DNA of 63,112 nucleotides, filler included, from Chiloscyllium plagiosum (taxonomy: Eukaryota), in NCBI RefSeq assembly GCF_004010195.1. It is 4 parts of one record of this genome, joined end to end, with 100 filler letters (N's around TTAATTAATTAA, not from the genome) between each part and the next. Parts side by side here need not be neighbours in the genome. Positions count along the whole stretch, not along the records: positions 1 to 11,280 come from NC_057710.1; positions 11,381 to 26,053 come from NC_057710.1; 2 more parts are not named here. One strand, written 5' to 3'. The notes beneath the pieces were generated by a model, which saw nothing but the letters and a program-made list of their open reading frames with translations, did no database searches and was not told where the DNA came from. Shown here piece by piece: positions 1 through 11,536 of this stretch (position 1 is the first letter of the stretch; the number at the start of each line of letters is the position of its first letter). Made by a program: the position numbers and the translations under genes.

Positions 1-232
1 GGGGTCCCACCTTCCCCAGAAAGAACCCCAGTTATCCAAATACCGGAATCCCTCCCTCCTGCACCATCCCTGTAGCCACGCATTTAACTGTTCTCTCTCC
101 CTATTCCTCGACTCTCTATCACGTGGCACGGGTAATAAACCAGAGACAACAACTCTGTTCGTTCTAACTATGAGCTTCCAACCTAGCACCCTGAAAGCCT
201 GCCTAACTTCCTCAGCCCCCCTCCTACCTATG
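1..232 (-). mobile_element. CR1 LINE ORF1 (SGNH-esterase-like) fragment, cut by window edge
   Basis: Closely resembles 58737-58970, which lies in the minus-strand ORF1-like frame (...VVVSGLLP...WGSFWGRWDL). Confidence 0.8.
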
Positions 233-244
233 TTCTGTGTCATG

Positions 245-648
245 TGGTTCTGGATTTCCAACTCCAGGGCTTGAGTACATAAGTCAAAGTCTACTCTGCA
301 GTAACAATGGTGTGCTGCACTGTCGGACGGCCTATCTTTCAGTTGAGATGTTAAACTGAAGCACCAGTTGTCTGCTCAGATGTAAACGATCCCGTGGTTT
401 TATTTTGAAGAGGAACAGAGTTAACTGCAAAGTTCTGGCCAATATGTAACCCTCAACCAACATCACAAAAGCATATTATCTGGCCATTATGAAAATGCTG
501 TTTAATTAAGTTTATACTAAATATTGGCTGCTACATTTCTTACATTATAACATTGACAGAACTTCAAAAGTACTTAATTAGTTGTAAAGTGCTTCGAGAC
601 ATCAGCTGTTCATAAAAAGCAAGATAGAAGTACAGTTTGTTTCTTTTT
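245..648 (+). mobile_element. DeuSINE (SacSINE1/AmnSINE-like), degenerate
   Basis: Deu-domain-like sequence gtgctgcactgtcgga...tctttcag.tgagatgttaaac...gatccc.tgg...ctggccaatat.ta.ccctcaaccaacatcac and tail ...cttcaaaagtacttaatt..ttgtaaagtgctt, matched from memory. Confidence 0.65.
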
Positions 649-735
649 CATTAGCTACTAAATTCGCCTTCATAAATTGTCTCACAGCTTGCGGAGAAGG
701 AAAGCATGTATGTAAATGAATCATGGTTGATGGTT

Positions 736-797
736 CTACAATGAATAAGTGGAAAAACACACTAACCTACAATGAATAAGTGGTAAAGTACACTAAC
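736..797. repeat. 31-bp tandem duplication (2 copies)
   Basis: ctacaatgaataagtggaaaaacacactaac followed by ctacaatgaataagtggtaaagtacactaac. Confidence 0.9.
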
Positions 798-1777
798 CAT
801 TTAGCCTTGCATTTTTCACTCATTTGCAAAAAGTATTGAGGGAGCTTATTGACAATGCTAATATAGTTGTGACCACTTTCCCTTTAGCTTGCACTTATAT
901 TTATTACCAATGGGTAACCTTCACTCCTGGATATGACCAAATCTTCAGCATCAAAGGGAACATTGTTTCCCATATGCATCTTCAGTGCCATTATGACTCC
1001 ACTTTTCTGTTATCACCACAACTTCTCCTTTATGGTAAATTGCCTTATGCAGATTTGCTCCATTCAAATTCCAACAAAGTTGTTCCTCTGCTTGTCTAGT
1101 CAAAGTAGACTTTAATGCGAAAAATATTAGCATTCTAAAATAGCCACCATTGCATGAATCAGTATTGATTGAACTATCAACTTAACAACTTGTTCAGTTT
1201 CCAAGACACTATCAATGGTGTTGCCATTGCTCTCACAATAACCCTTGTTGGTTTATAACCTCTCATCCTACCCCTTGTGTTGATACATTTGTTATATATA
1301 AATTTGCACCTGCATGTAAGAATTTCCTTACATGTCTAGTGGACTCCAGCAGGTGCTCAAATGCCTGCCTGAAATTGAAGTCAAATGTGCTCCCTTTCTT
1401 TGGTCCCGTGCTTGAGAAATCAGGCAGGGGATTATCTACTGTCTGCCTTGGGTGATTAGTGTAAACATTGGAATTTCTTACAGTTCCACACTCTATAAAA
1501 TTGATCTTATTGGCAACCACTAACAAGGGCTCAATCCAGTTGTTCACTGTCAAACCCCATGCTGAAATGTGGTGCATCTAAGACATTCTATGGGCTAATG
1601 GTTACCCTGATCAGACCATTTCTCACAGTATGTCATGAAAACTTATGAATGACCCTAAAGTGGTTACTTTTGATCCTGCCAAATGCCCAGTCTACCTCAG
1701 ATGAAAGATAAGGTATCTCAAAAGTTTGAGCTACAGGTGAAGCCATCTGTTTCATGCTGATACCATACAGTGGCAAC

Positions 1778-2655
1778 ATAACTTGGAGATGCTGATGTTC
1801 GACTGGGGTGTACAAAGTTAAAAATCACACAACACCAGGCTATAGTCCAACAGATTTAATTGGAAGCACTAGCTTTCGGAGCGCTGCTCCTTCATCAGGT
1901 GGTTGTGGAGTACACAATTGTAAGACAGAATTTATAGCAAAAAGTTTACAGTGTGATGTAACTGAAATTATACATTGAAAAATGTATAATTTCACTCCGA
2001 TACACAGTCACACACACTCCTACAGACACACACACTCCCACACTTTCACATGCACCCTCTCACAGACTTAGACCCCTTTACACTCTCACGCACATGTATA
2101 CACACTCTCTCACAGACACTAACAACCCCCCCCACCCCTGACACACATGAATACACAAACCCACATGCACTCATACACATATATATATTTGTGGGGTGAA
2201 TTTATACTTGCAGAGTTACATTGTACTTTGCTCAAAAACTGCATGAATCCATGTAAGACTCTGGATAACTCATTTTTTAGATTAGAATCAGTCTAAACAT
2301 TATGGCTCAGACAACAGAACACAAGGGGCTAACACCTTTAAACATATTATCTGGGCTGACACCAATTGTTAAAGTTAACCTGAGAATGTAACTTTTTTTT
2401 AAAAAAAATTGTGATTTACATATGAAAGATGTGAAACTAACATGGTCATTCTAACAGATGAGAGACTTCACAAACAATCGAGGTATGTTTCAATGTATAA
2501 TTTCAGTTACAGCACGCTGATTACTTTTGCTATAAATTCTGTGTCTTACAATTGTGTACTCCACAACGACGTGATGAAGGAGCAGTGCTCCGAAAGCTAA
2601 TGCTTCCAATTAAATCTGTTGAACTATAACCTGGTGTTGTGATTTTTAACCTTCA
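1778..2655 (+). mobile_element. PLE 3' terminal repeat with an inverted 5' copy (arms about 1817-1980 and 2488-2650)
   Basis: About 163-bp inverted arms around a CA-rich spacer; the terminus ...ctataacctggtgttgtg(tg)atttttaa is shared with the GIY-YIG element at 61370-62360. Confidence 0.8.
1866..1902 (-). ncRNA. Minimal hammerhead ribozyme motif (PLE-type)
   Basis: Minus strand reads cac-CTGATGA-a-GGAGC-agc-GCTCC-GAA-AGCT-A-gtg: helix I cac/gtg, 5-bp helix II, palindromic AGCT in place of helix III. Confidence 0.65.
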
Positions 2656-2899
2656 GGTGGTTGTGTGTAGTGTCCGCCACTAACAGGATGTTGTCATCAA
2701 GTCCAAAAGCTTATCCTACAGAGAAGGAATATGATATATACAGTTCAGTACAGGTAGGTTGCCAAGTATGTAGGCCATATGTCCACAGACTGGCAGATTT
2801 TATCAAACACTTTATCCCTTCAGCAGCTCACAAAAAGCAAGTTCAACATAGGATCACATCTATTGTTAGTTAGTATATTTGAAAGTATTTGTTGAAACA

Positions 2900-4330
2900 T
2901 TTGATTAGAGATAGCAGCATGGATTTGTGCAGGGTTGGTCATGCCTCAAAGCCTTATTGAATTCTTTGAAGATGTGACAAAATGCATTGATGAAAGTAGA
3001 GCAGTGGATGTGGTGTACATGGATTTTAGCAAGGCGTTGATAAGGTTCCCCATGGTTGGCTCATTCAGAAAGTGAGGAGGCATGGGATACAGGGTCATTT
3101 GGCTGTCTGATACAGAATTCGCTGGCCATAGAAGACAGAGGATGGTTGTAGATAGAAAGTATTCAGCCTGGAGCTCAGTGATCAGTAATATTCTGCAGAG
3201 ATCTGTTCTGGAATCTCTGCTCTTTGTGGTTTTTATAAATAACCAAGATGAGGCAGTGGAAGGGTGGGTTAGTATGTTTGCCAATGACCCAAAGGTTGGT
3301 GGAATGGTGGATAGTGTGGAGGATTCTTGGAAATTGCAGGGAGACATTAACAGGATGCAGAACTGGGTTGATAAGTATCAGATGGAGTTTAACCTGGAAA
3401 AGTGTAAAGTGATTCATTTTGGAAGGTTGAATTAGAATACAGGGTTAAAGGCAGGGTTCTTGGCAGTGTGGAGGAACAGAGGAATCTTGGAATCCATGTC
3501 CATTGATCCCCCAAAGTTGCCACCCAAGTTGATAGGGTTGTTAAGGTATATGAGGAGAAAGTGAGGGCTGCAGATGCTGGAGATCAGAGCTGGAAATGTG
3601 TTGCTGGAAAAGCGCAGCAGGCCAGGCAGCATCCAGGGAACAGGAGAATCGACGTTTCGGGCATTCCTGAAGAAGGGCTTATGCCCGAAACGTCGATTCT
3701 CCTGTTAAGGTATATGGTGTGTTGGCTTTCATTAGCAGGGGGATTGAACTTAAGAGCCGTGAGGTTATGCTGCAGCTCTGTAGAGCCCTGGTTGGACCAC
3801 ACTTGGAATATTGTGTTCAGATTCTGGTCACCTCATTATAGGAAAGATGTGGAAGCTTTACAGAGGGTGCAGAGAAGATTTACTAGGATGCTACCTTGAC
3901 TGGAGGACATGTCTTATGAAGTAAGGTTGAGGGAGCCAGAGCTTTTCTCATTGGAGCGAAGAAGGATGAGAGGTGACTTGATAGAGGTGCCCAAGATAAT
4001 GGGAGGCATAGATAAAGTGAATAGTCAGAGACATTTTCCCAGGGCAGAAATGGCTATCACAAAGGAGCATAATTTTAAGGTAATTGGAGGAAGGCTTAGG
4101 GGAGATTTCAGCAGTTGGTTCTTTACACAGAGTGTGGAGAGTGCATGGAATGGATAGCCAGCGGTGGTAATAGAGTCAGATACGTTAGGGACATATAAGT
4201 GACTCTTAAATAGGCACGTGGATGATAGTAAAATGAAGAGTATGTACATTAGTTTAATCTTAGAGTAGGATAAAAGGTCAGCACAACATCGAGGACTGAA
4301 GGGCCTGTACTGTGCTATACTGTTCTATGA
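2900..4330 (+). mobile_element. CR1 LINE ORF2 (RT) 3' part and 3' UTR, degenerate
   Basis: LIEFFEDVTK, YMDFSKA, SMFAND-PKVGG (FADD-like), WSPHYRKDVEALQRVQRRFTRMLP; ends gggcctgtactgtgct..tgttctatg. Confidence 0.9.
3553..3702. mobile_element. Short fold-back PLE terminal insertion with 14-bp TSD and hammerhead motif
   Basis: TSD tgttaaggtatatg at 3539-3552 and 3703-3716; perfect 26-bp arms 3639-3664 and 3681-3706; CTGAAGA-a-GGGC-ttat-GCCC-GAAACGTC at 3667-3694. Confidence 0.85.
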
Positions 4331-5954
4331 ATGATCCTGAATCACCCTGACAAGCATGTTAGGTAAGTGGTACACTTACAAACAAAGGAAGTTGGATTTA
4401 TTAATACATAGGGTCTTTTTCTTTGTAGACAAAGTATATGTACAGGGACTACAATAAAACAAAGAGCTTAAGATGTTGGAAAGCTGAAGCACAAACAAAG
4501 ATTGCTGGGGGAAGGTCACTGGACCTAAGATGTTAATTCTGCTTTCCCTCCACAAATGCTGCTAAATGTCTCCAGCGATCTGCTTTATTTGGGTACAAGC
4601 ACTTTGCTTGTTTCAAGTTAGAAAAAGTAGTGATCAGTCATTCACTGATTCAATTCTTGAGGCAATACCAAGATAAATCAGAGTCTACCAACCTGATTTA
4701 AAATGTAAACAAAACCTAGCTGTAACTGTCAATCATCATTAATGTGCGCATTCTCCATGGCAGTGTCCCTACCATTCAGAATCCACTTGCTAACAATCAG
4801 TGTTGTCTTCCCATACCATGAAAATGTTGGTTTTCCCCTTTGTATTGGTACTATTGTAAAATTTTGTGATGTGTGCAAGATGAAAAGCTTTAACAAATGT
4901 CTTTTTTTTCAGCATTATTCAATATAATGTATACTACAGGACAATGCAGAGGTTTTATGTAGAGCTATAGCACCATGCTATGGTGTACAACAGCCTGATG
5001 AGCAGATTGCAGAAGAATAGACTTGAGTGGTGATTTTTTTTTAATATATAGTTCTTGGAAGGAAGGTAACAAGAAAAATAGTCCGAGAAGAGAATTCCAG
5101 AATCACTCTGTTGGATCAAATGTTACTTATAGTGGATCAAAGCATAACCCATTCATGTTACATATTTCCTTTCATTTTAAATGATGGGAACTTGTTTCGG
5201 ATACCGGTTTAAAGTTTTTGTTCAAATAGCAATCAGAGTTGTTATACAAGTCAAATGCTTATTGATCTGATTGCAAGCAGTAATTTCTAAACTCCAATAA
5301 TTGGAATAATAGACTTTGGATGACTGAACAGAGGAAGTGGCAAACCAGTTATAACATGAATAAGGCAAGTGTAAATTAAAGGAGATGTGGGGGGAAAGCT
5401 CACAAGCAAATTGAGGTGACACTTTGGAGTGATTTGAAGTAAAGTTTAAAGACCAAGTAAACTGGATAGGGCATAACGAACCAGTTGAACTTGGCCTGGA
5501 CAAGGATGGCAGGTGTGTCAGATTTTTGTGAGAGTGAATTAGAACAGTACAACACAATACAGGCTCTTCAGTCCTCAATGTTTCTGACCTTTTATCCTAC
5601 TCTAAGGTCAAACTAACCTACATACCCTTCATTTTACTATGATCCATGTGCCTATCCAAGAGTTGCTTAAATGTTCCTAATGTATCTGACTCTACTACCT
5701 CCACTGGCAGTGCATTTCATGCATCCACTACTCTGTGTAAAGAACCAACCACTGTCATCTCTCCTAAACCTTTCTCCAATTACCTTAAAATTATGCCCCC
5801 TTGTGATAGCCATTTCTGCCCTGGAAAATCGTCTTTGACTATTCACGCTATCTATGCCTCTCATCATCTTGTACTCCTCTATCAAATCGCCTCCCATCCT
5901 GTTTTTGCTCCAATGAGAAAAGCTCTAGCTCCCTCAACCTTCCTTATAAGACAT

Positions 5955-6469
5955 AAGACACCTCTGGGCCACCCGGACGAACCAACCCAATCACCCTGTA
6001 GCACAGCATTTCAACTCCCCCTCCCACTCCACCGAGGATATGCAGGTCATTGGACTCATCCACCGCCAAACCACAACAACGCGACGGTCGGAGGAGGAGC
6101 GTCTTATCTTCCGACTGGGAACCCTCCAACCACAGGGGATGAACTTGGACTTCACCAGTTTCTTCATCCCCCCTCCCCCCACCTTGTCTCAGCCGAATCC
6201 CTCCAGCCCGGCACCGCCTTCCTGACCTGCAGTCGTCTTCTTGACCTCTCCGCCTCCACCCTACTCCGACCTATCACCTTCACCTTGACCTCTTTCCACC
6301 TATCACATTTCCAACGCCCCTCCTCCAAGTCCCTCCTCCCTACCTTTTATCTTCTCCTGCTGAACACTCTCTGCTCATTCCTGAAGAAGGGCATGTGCCC
6401 GAAACGTCGAATCTTCTGTTCCCTAGATGCTGCCTGACCTGCTGTGCTGTTCCAGCAATAAAGTTTCAG
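5955..6469 (+). mobile_element. 5'-truncated PLE (GIY-YIG tail plus terminal repeat) with 12-bp TSD
   Basis: HFNSPSHS..MQVIGL..EEERLIFRLGTLQPQGMN; TSD cttataagacat at 5943-5954 and 6470-6481. Confidence 0.85.
6377..6412 (+). ncRNA. Minimal hammerhead ribozyme motif (PLE-type)
   Basis: attc-CTGAAGA-a-GGGC-atgt-GCCC-GAA-ACGT-C-gaat: helix I attc/gaat, GUC cleavage triplet, ACGT palindrome in place of helix III. Confidence 0.7.
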
Positions 6470-9400
6470 CTTATAAGACATGCCCTCAAGTCCAGGCAGC
6501 ATGCTGGTAAATCTCTTCTGCACCCTCTCTAAAGCATCCACATTCTTCCTATAATGGGGTGAACGTAATCTGAACACAATATTCCAAGTGTAGCCTAACT
6601 AGGGCTCTATAGAGCTGCAGCGTAACCTTGTGGTTCTTAAACTGAATCCCCCTGTAAATGAAAGCCAACACATCACACCCCCTCTTTATAACCCTATCAA
6701 CTTGGGTGACAACTTTGAGGGATCTATGGACATGGACCCTAAGATCCCTCTGTTCCTCCACACTGCCAAGAATCTTGCCTTTTAACCCTGTATTCTGCAT
6801 TCAAATTTGACCTTCCAAAATGAATCACTTCTAGTTTGTCCAGGTTGAACTCCACCTGCCACTTATCAGCCCAATTCTGCATCCTGTCAATATCCCGTTG
6901 CAACTATAACAGCCCCCCGTGCTATCCACCACCCCACTAACCTTTTGTGTAATCTGCAATCTTATTAACCCACTCTTCCACTCCCTCATCTAGGTCATTT
7001 ATAAAAATCGCAAAGGGCAGATGTTCCAGAACAGATCCCTGCGGAATACCACTGGTCACAGAGCTCCAAGCTGAATACTTTCCATCAACTATCACCCACT
7101 GTGTTCTATGGGCCAGCCAATTCTGTATCCAGACAGCCAAATTTCCCTGTACCCCATGCTTCCTTACCTCTTGAATGAGCCTACCATGGGGAACCTTATC
7201 AAACACCTTTTTAAAATCCATGTACATCATATCCACTGGCCTACCTTCATCAATGTATTTTGTCACATCCTCAAAGAATTCAATAAGGCTTATGAGGCCT
7301 AACCTGCCCCCCCTCAAAACCATGCTGACTATCTCTAATCACATGGTGGTTTTCCAATTAATCATAAGTTTTGTCTCTCAGAATCCTCTCCAATAATTTG
7401 TCCACCACAGACTTAAGACTGACTGGCCTGTAATTCCCAGGATTACCCGTTACCTTTTTTGAATAAGAGAGTAACATTTTCCATCCTCGAAATCATCTGG
7501 CACTGCTCCAGTGGACTGTGAGGATGCAAAGATCATTGCCATAGGCGCAGCAATCTCCTCTTTGTGTAGTACCCTTGAGTATATCCCTTCTGGTCCAGGG
7601 ACTTTATCTATCCTTGTTTGTAAAAATTTTCAGCACATCCTCCTTCTTAACATCAACCTGTTCGAACATATCAACCTGTTTCACGTTGTCCTCAGAAATG
7701 TTAAGGTCCCCCTCAGTTTTGTATACTGAAACAATGTATTCATTAAGGACCTCCCCTACCTTCTACTCCAGGTGCAAGTTCCCTCCACTATCCCTGATCG
7801 GCCCTACCCTCATTCCAGCCATCCTGTTGTTCTTCACATAAGTAATGAATGCCTTGCAGTTTTCCTTAATCCTACCTGCTAAAGCTTCTTCATGCCTCCT
7901 TCTAGCTCTCCTCAGTCTGTTGTTCAGTTCCTTCCTGGCTATGTTGTAACCCTCTAGAGCCCTGTTTAATTCTTGCCTCCTCAACCTGAAGTAAGTTGCC
8001 TTCTTCCTCTTAAGGGATGTGGAACATCTAGTCACCCTAACATCCCTTCCTTGCCTCAGTGGGACAATTCTGACCATTGAGTTCTGATTTTCGGAATAGT
8101 GGTGAGTCAAAGCTGTTACTGAGAATATTTGAATAAACAATTCTGAAAGTGAAGAAAGCATGGCCAGAATCTGATTAGTGGTCAGGAAGAAGACATTCTT
8201 GAGGTTCATGGATGTTTTGACAACAATAGATATTAGGTACCAATTCTGATCAAGAACAAACAGCACTTTGTCTAGAAGTAAAATGAATGTTCATTAACCA
8301 TAAATTTATTTACATTGCAAAGTTTTGTAAGCATACTCAATGATTGTAAAATTCTCATGAGATAGCTAAAGGAAATTTAAGATTTTGAAAAGTTATTGCG
8401 TGGCTATTGTTATCAAGTTTTCTTACATATTTCGAAGATTATCTAATTAGCATATGTCTCACGTCCCCTTCCCTGGTTATTATAGTTTTTTAAAAATGCG
8501 GTAATTGCTGGCAAGGTCATAATTTATTGTTCATTACCAGTTGCCCTTGAGAAGGTGATTGTGTGTCATATTTAACTAGATACACCCACTTTATTGTTAC
8601 AAGTAGGGAATTCCAGGATTTTGACGCAGCAGTGATGAAGGAACACTATAATATCTTGCAAGTCAGGATTTTGTGCAACTTGGAGGAGAACTAACCGGTT
8701 CAGATGTTCCATATGGCTGCTGTCCACTTTTTTTTTCTAGGCAGTACGGATTGTGGGTTTTGAAGGTGCTGTCAAAGAATTGATAAATTGATATCAATTG
8801 ACACCTCATAAAAATATTTTTCTGAACCTTAATATTCATTCTTTTCCCAATCCTGTGCAAAAATTTGACACATTCAGCTAATTAAACAGTCATGTAATAC
8901 CTGGCAATAGCTGCCCAGGAGAATCAAGATTAATTGTATTCTAGAAAATGCCTTGGTTGATGAGTGTGGCAGTTCTATCTAAATAATGGAAAGCTTTGAT
9001 ATGAAAGGAAAAGGACTCTACTTAAAGCCAGGATTGTTAAAGCTTCAGATTTCAAGATAATATTATGGAGGGATACTAATGCAAGTGTTGCTTTGGAAAG
9101 AGAAGATGAAAGAAAAGATGTCACAGGCCCAATTTTTTGCATTAAATTATGTTAATCAAACTAATATAACATTCATAATAATATTTAAAGTGACACACTT
9201 TAGAACAAAGACTGTAACTTCAATAATGTATTTCCAAGAGCGAATATAAAATTTCTCATTAGTTTCTATGTAGAAATAAATATTACTAATTTCATAAAAT
9301 GAGTAAAAACATTTTGTAAAACAGGCTTTTTACTTATAATAGGTCACTAATACATAAATTTTAGTGTACCAATCAAAACAAGTGCCACTTAGATGTCCAA

Positions 9401-11044
9401 AATTCATGACAAACATTGAATTCAGCATTATGTTATTAACTAAGCCAGCTTTAATGGTTAAGTATCTAGTTTCGGATCATAGGTTAATTCTTGGATGATA
9501 TGCTGGTGAACTGCTTTCTGTGGAAACTATAATAAGTTCACTCTCTCAATTTGGAACCAGCAAAATCTTAGACATCTTAACATCATAGTTTTTTGGTCAT
9601 GTGCAATTATAGCAGTTGTTGTAATTGTGTGGGGAAATTTAAACTTCCAACAATCATCTCTTGCTGTTTACACATCATGTTTGCCCAGCAATTATTTGAT
9701 ATTCTGTTCCTCCACCCTCTTCCCTCTCAGCCATGTCACGTTTATGTTTTGTTTACTTTGCACTTACAGCAAGAACTAATTGTCACCCTTTCACATCTTA
9801 ATTTACACCCTTTTTCCATTTCTTTGTATTTCTTCATTATTAATAACCCCTATGGTTTTTGTATTGGACCTCTATACTATAAGCCCTGTTGCTGCTCCTC
9901 AGACTCTTTCAAAAGTTTAAAAAATAATCTACTTTCCAACACCTTCCAGGAGAAGCATCATACCAGACTCAAAATGTTAATTCTGTCTCACTCTCCAGAG
10001 ATGCTACCATACTTGCTGAGTTTCTCCAGCATTGTGTTTGTGTTTGTTTTTAAACTTCCAGTTGAATAATTTGCTCTGCCCATCCATAAATGCTATGGGT
10101 ACTAGAAAAGTGTTACATGCATGGACTCTCACCCCAGTATTGTTTTGTTGTTTCATTTCTGATGTAACTTACTGATTAACAGAGTGGCTCAACCTAACAG
10201 TTCTGATATGTGCCTCCAACATCCCTAACTACTTCCACTTGCTCTTCCTACAACCTGACCCAATGACTAACTCCCTTGACTCAACTAACCACCTTACCCC
10301 TTCCCCACCTAGCTTGATTACCCTCCCTATTAACCTAAATACCTAGTCCCCAGTTACCACACCTCAATCTGACAATCATTCGACAGCCTGAACGCAGCAC
10401 CCTTGACCCCTCTTGAATGCGCCACCTACTAACCCATCCACTTGTCCAACCCCTATCCACACTCTCCCAATCATCACCCACTCACTGTACCCACACACAT
10501 TCATTAACTCGCTAAAAATCTTTGAGATCTTCAGATACTTTGCTTAACCCACAGCCTGATGTTGTACTAAGATGCATGCTCTCTGCTCTGCTCCCCTCCA
10601 CCATGTTTCTCCTTAAATGGCTGCACTGATAGCTAGAACTAGTAAAGAAATCCCAGTTCAAATGGCACAAAGGTAAGGGTGCAATGCGCTCCACTGTCTG
10701 CAGCAATTCACCCAGCAACGCCAATGGCCAAAGGATCTGGCCCTATATTTTTTCTTTAAATATTTGCCTTCCTTTGCATCTTTCCAAATATAAAAATATG
10801 TGGGAGCTTGACAGTTAGATTCTCACTGAATGTTTCCCCCATGAGAACTTAGAACTGTTGGAAATCATTTCAAAATTAGAGGTTTACCACTTTCGACTGA
10901 GATGAGGAATTTATTCTTTGAGGGTTATTAATCTTTGCTTTTTATAATCTAACATTCCAATGGTGGCTTGAATATTAAACGTGTTCAAGGAAAAGTGAGA
11001 CAGATTGGTGATCTACAAGGGAGTTCAGAAACTTGGAGGGCAGG

Positions 11045-11280
11045 CAAGAAAGGGATTAGGAGAGCCAAGAGAGGGCATTGAAAAATCTCTGGCGGATAGG
11101 ATCAAGGATAACCCAAAGGCATTTTATGCGTATGTGAGAAACATGAGAATGACGAGAACGAGGGTAGGTCCAATCAAGGACAGTAGTGGGAGACTGTGTA
11201 TTGAGTCGGAAGAGATAGGAGAGGTCTTGAATGAGTACTTTTCTTCAGTATTTACGAATGAGAGGAACCGTATTGTTGAA
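11045..11280 (+). mobile_element. Young CR1 ORF2 fragment truncated by gap
   Basis: EKSLADRIKDNPKAFYAYVRNMR..LNEYFSSVFT. Confidence 0.85.
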
Positions 11281-11380
11281 NNNNNNNNNNNNNNNNNNNN
11301 NNNNNNNNNNNNNNNNNNNNNNNNTTAATTAATTAANNNNNNNNNNNNNNNNNNNNNNNNNNNNNNNNNNNNNNNNNNNN
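11281..11380. other. Assembly gap/artificial spacer
   Basis: N44-TTAATTAATTAA-N44; the core has stop codons in all six frames. Confidence 0.97.
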
Positions 11381-11536
11381 GGAGGAGACATCAAAGAAGC
11401 GCTTCGCAGGAGGCTCCCAAGCACTGATGATGTCGCCTAGCCAGGGGACGAAACGTTTGCAACAAAAACTTCCAGCTCGGCGAACAGAACCACAACAACG
11501 AGCACCCGAGCTACAAATCTTCGCACAAACTTTGAA
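11381..11536 (+). mobile_element. Terminal repeat of a third PLE family, carrying a hammerhead motif
   Basis: gca-CTGATGA-t-GTC(g)CCT-agcc-AGG(g)GAC-GAA-ACGT-T-tgc at 11421-11460; CpG-rich, which suggests a young copy. Confidence 0.6.

Larger units (their letters stand above)
1545..4925 (+). mobile_element. Old Penelope-like element (RT C-terminus/GIY-YIG region plus 3' end), split by younger insertions
   Basis: Decayed peptide pieces ANGYPDQ..KCPVYLR..VSQKFE (1595-1770) resume after 2655 as TNRML..YVG..RLADFIKH; the presumed 3' region resumes after the CR1 at about 4330. Confidence 0.55.
5540..8068 (-). mobile_element. CR1 LINE ORF2 and 3' UTR, degenerate, interrupted by a PLE
   Basis: ORFs 7763-8266, 6937-7323 (SLIEFFEDVTK..MDFKKVFDKVPHGRL..SGIPQGSVL) and 6549-6800. 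Confidence 0.9.

Noticed and set aside
830..1530. Possible minus-strand Gypsy pol remnant
   Set aside because: Only vague motif resemblance (VYTNH, KW); too decayed to support by eye.
5646..6437. 263-aa + strand ORF
   Set aside because: Chance read-through of antisense CR1 into an off-frame PLE fragment; not a gene.
11281..11380. Palindromic TTAATTAATTAA flanked by Ns (also at 26054 and 57221)
   Set aside because: Identical artificial scaffolding linker with six-frame stops; not biological.
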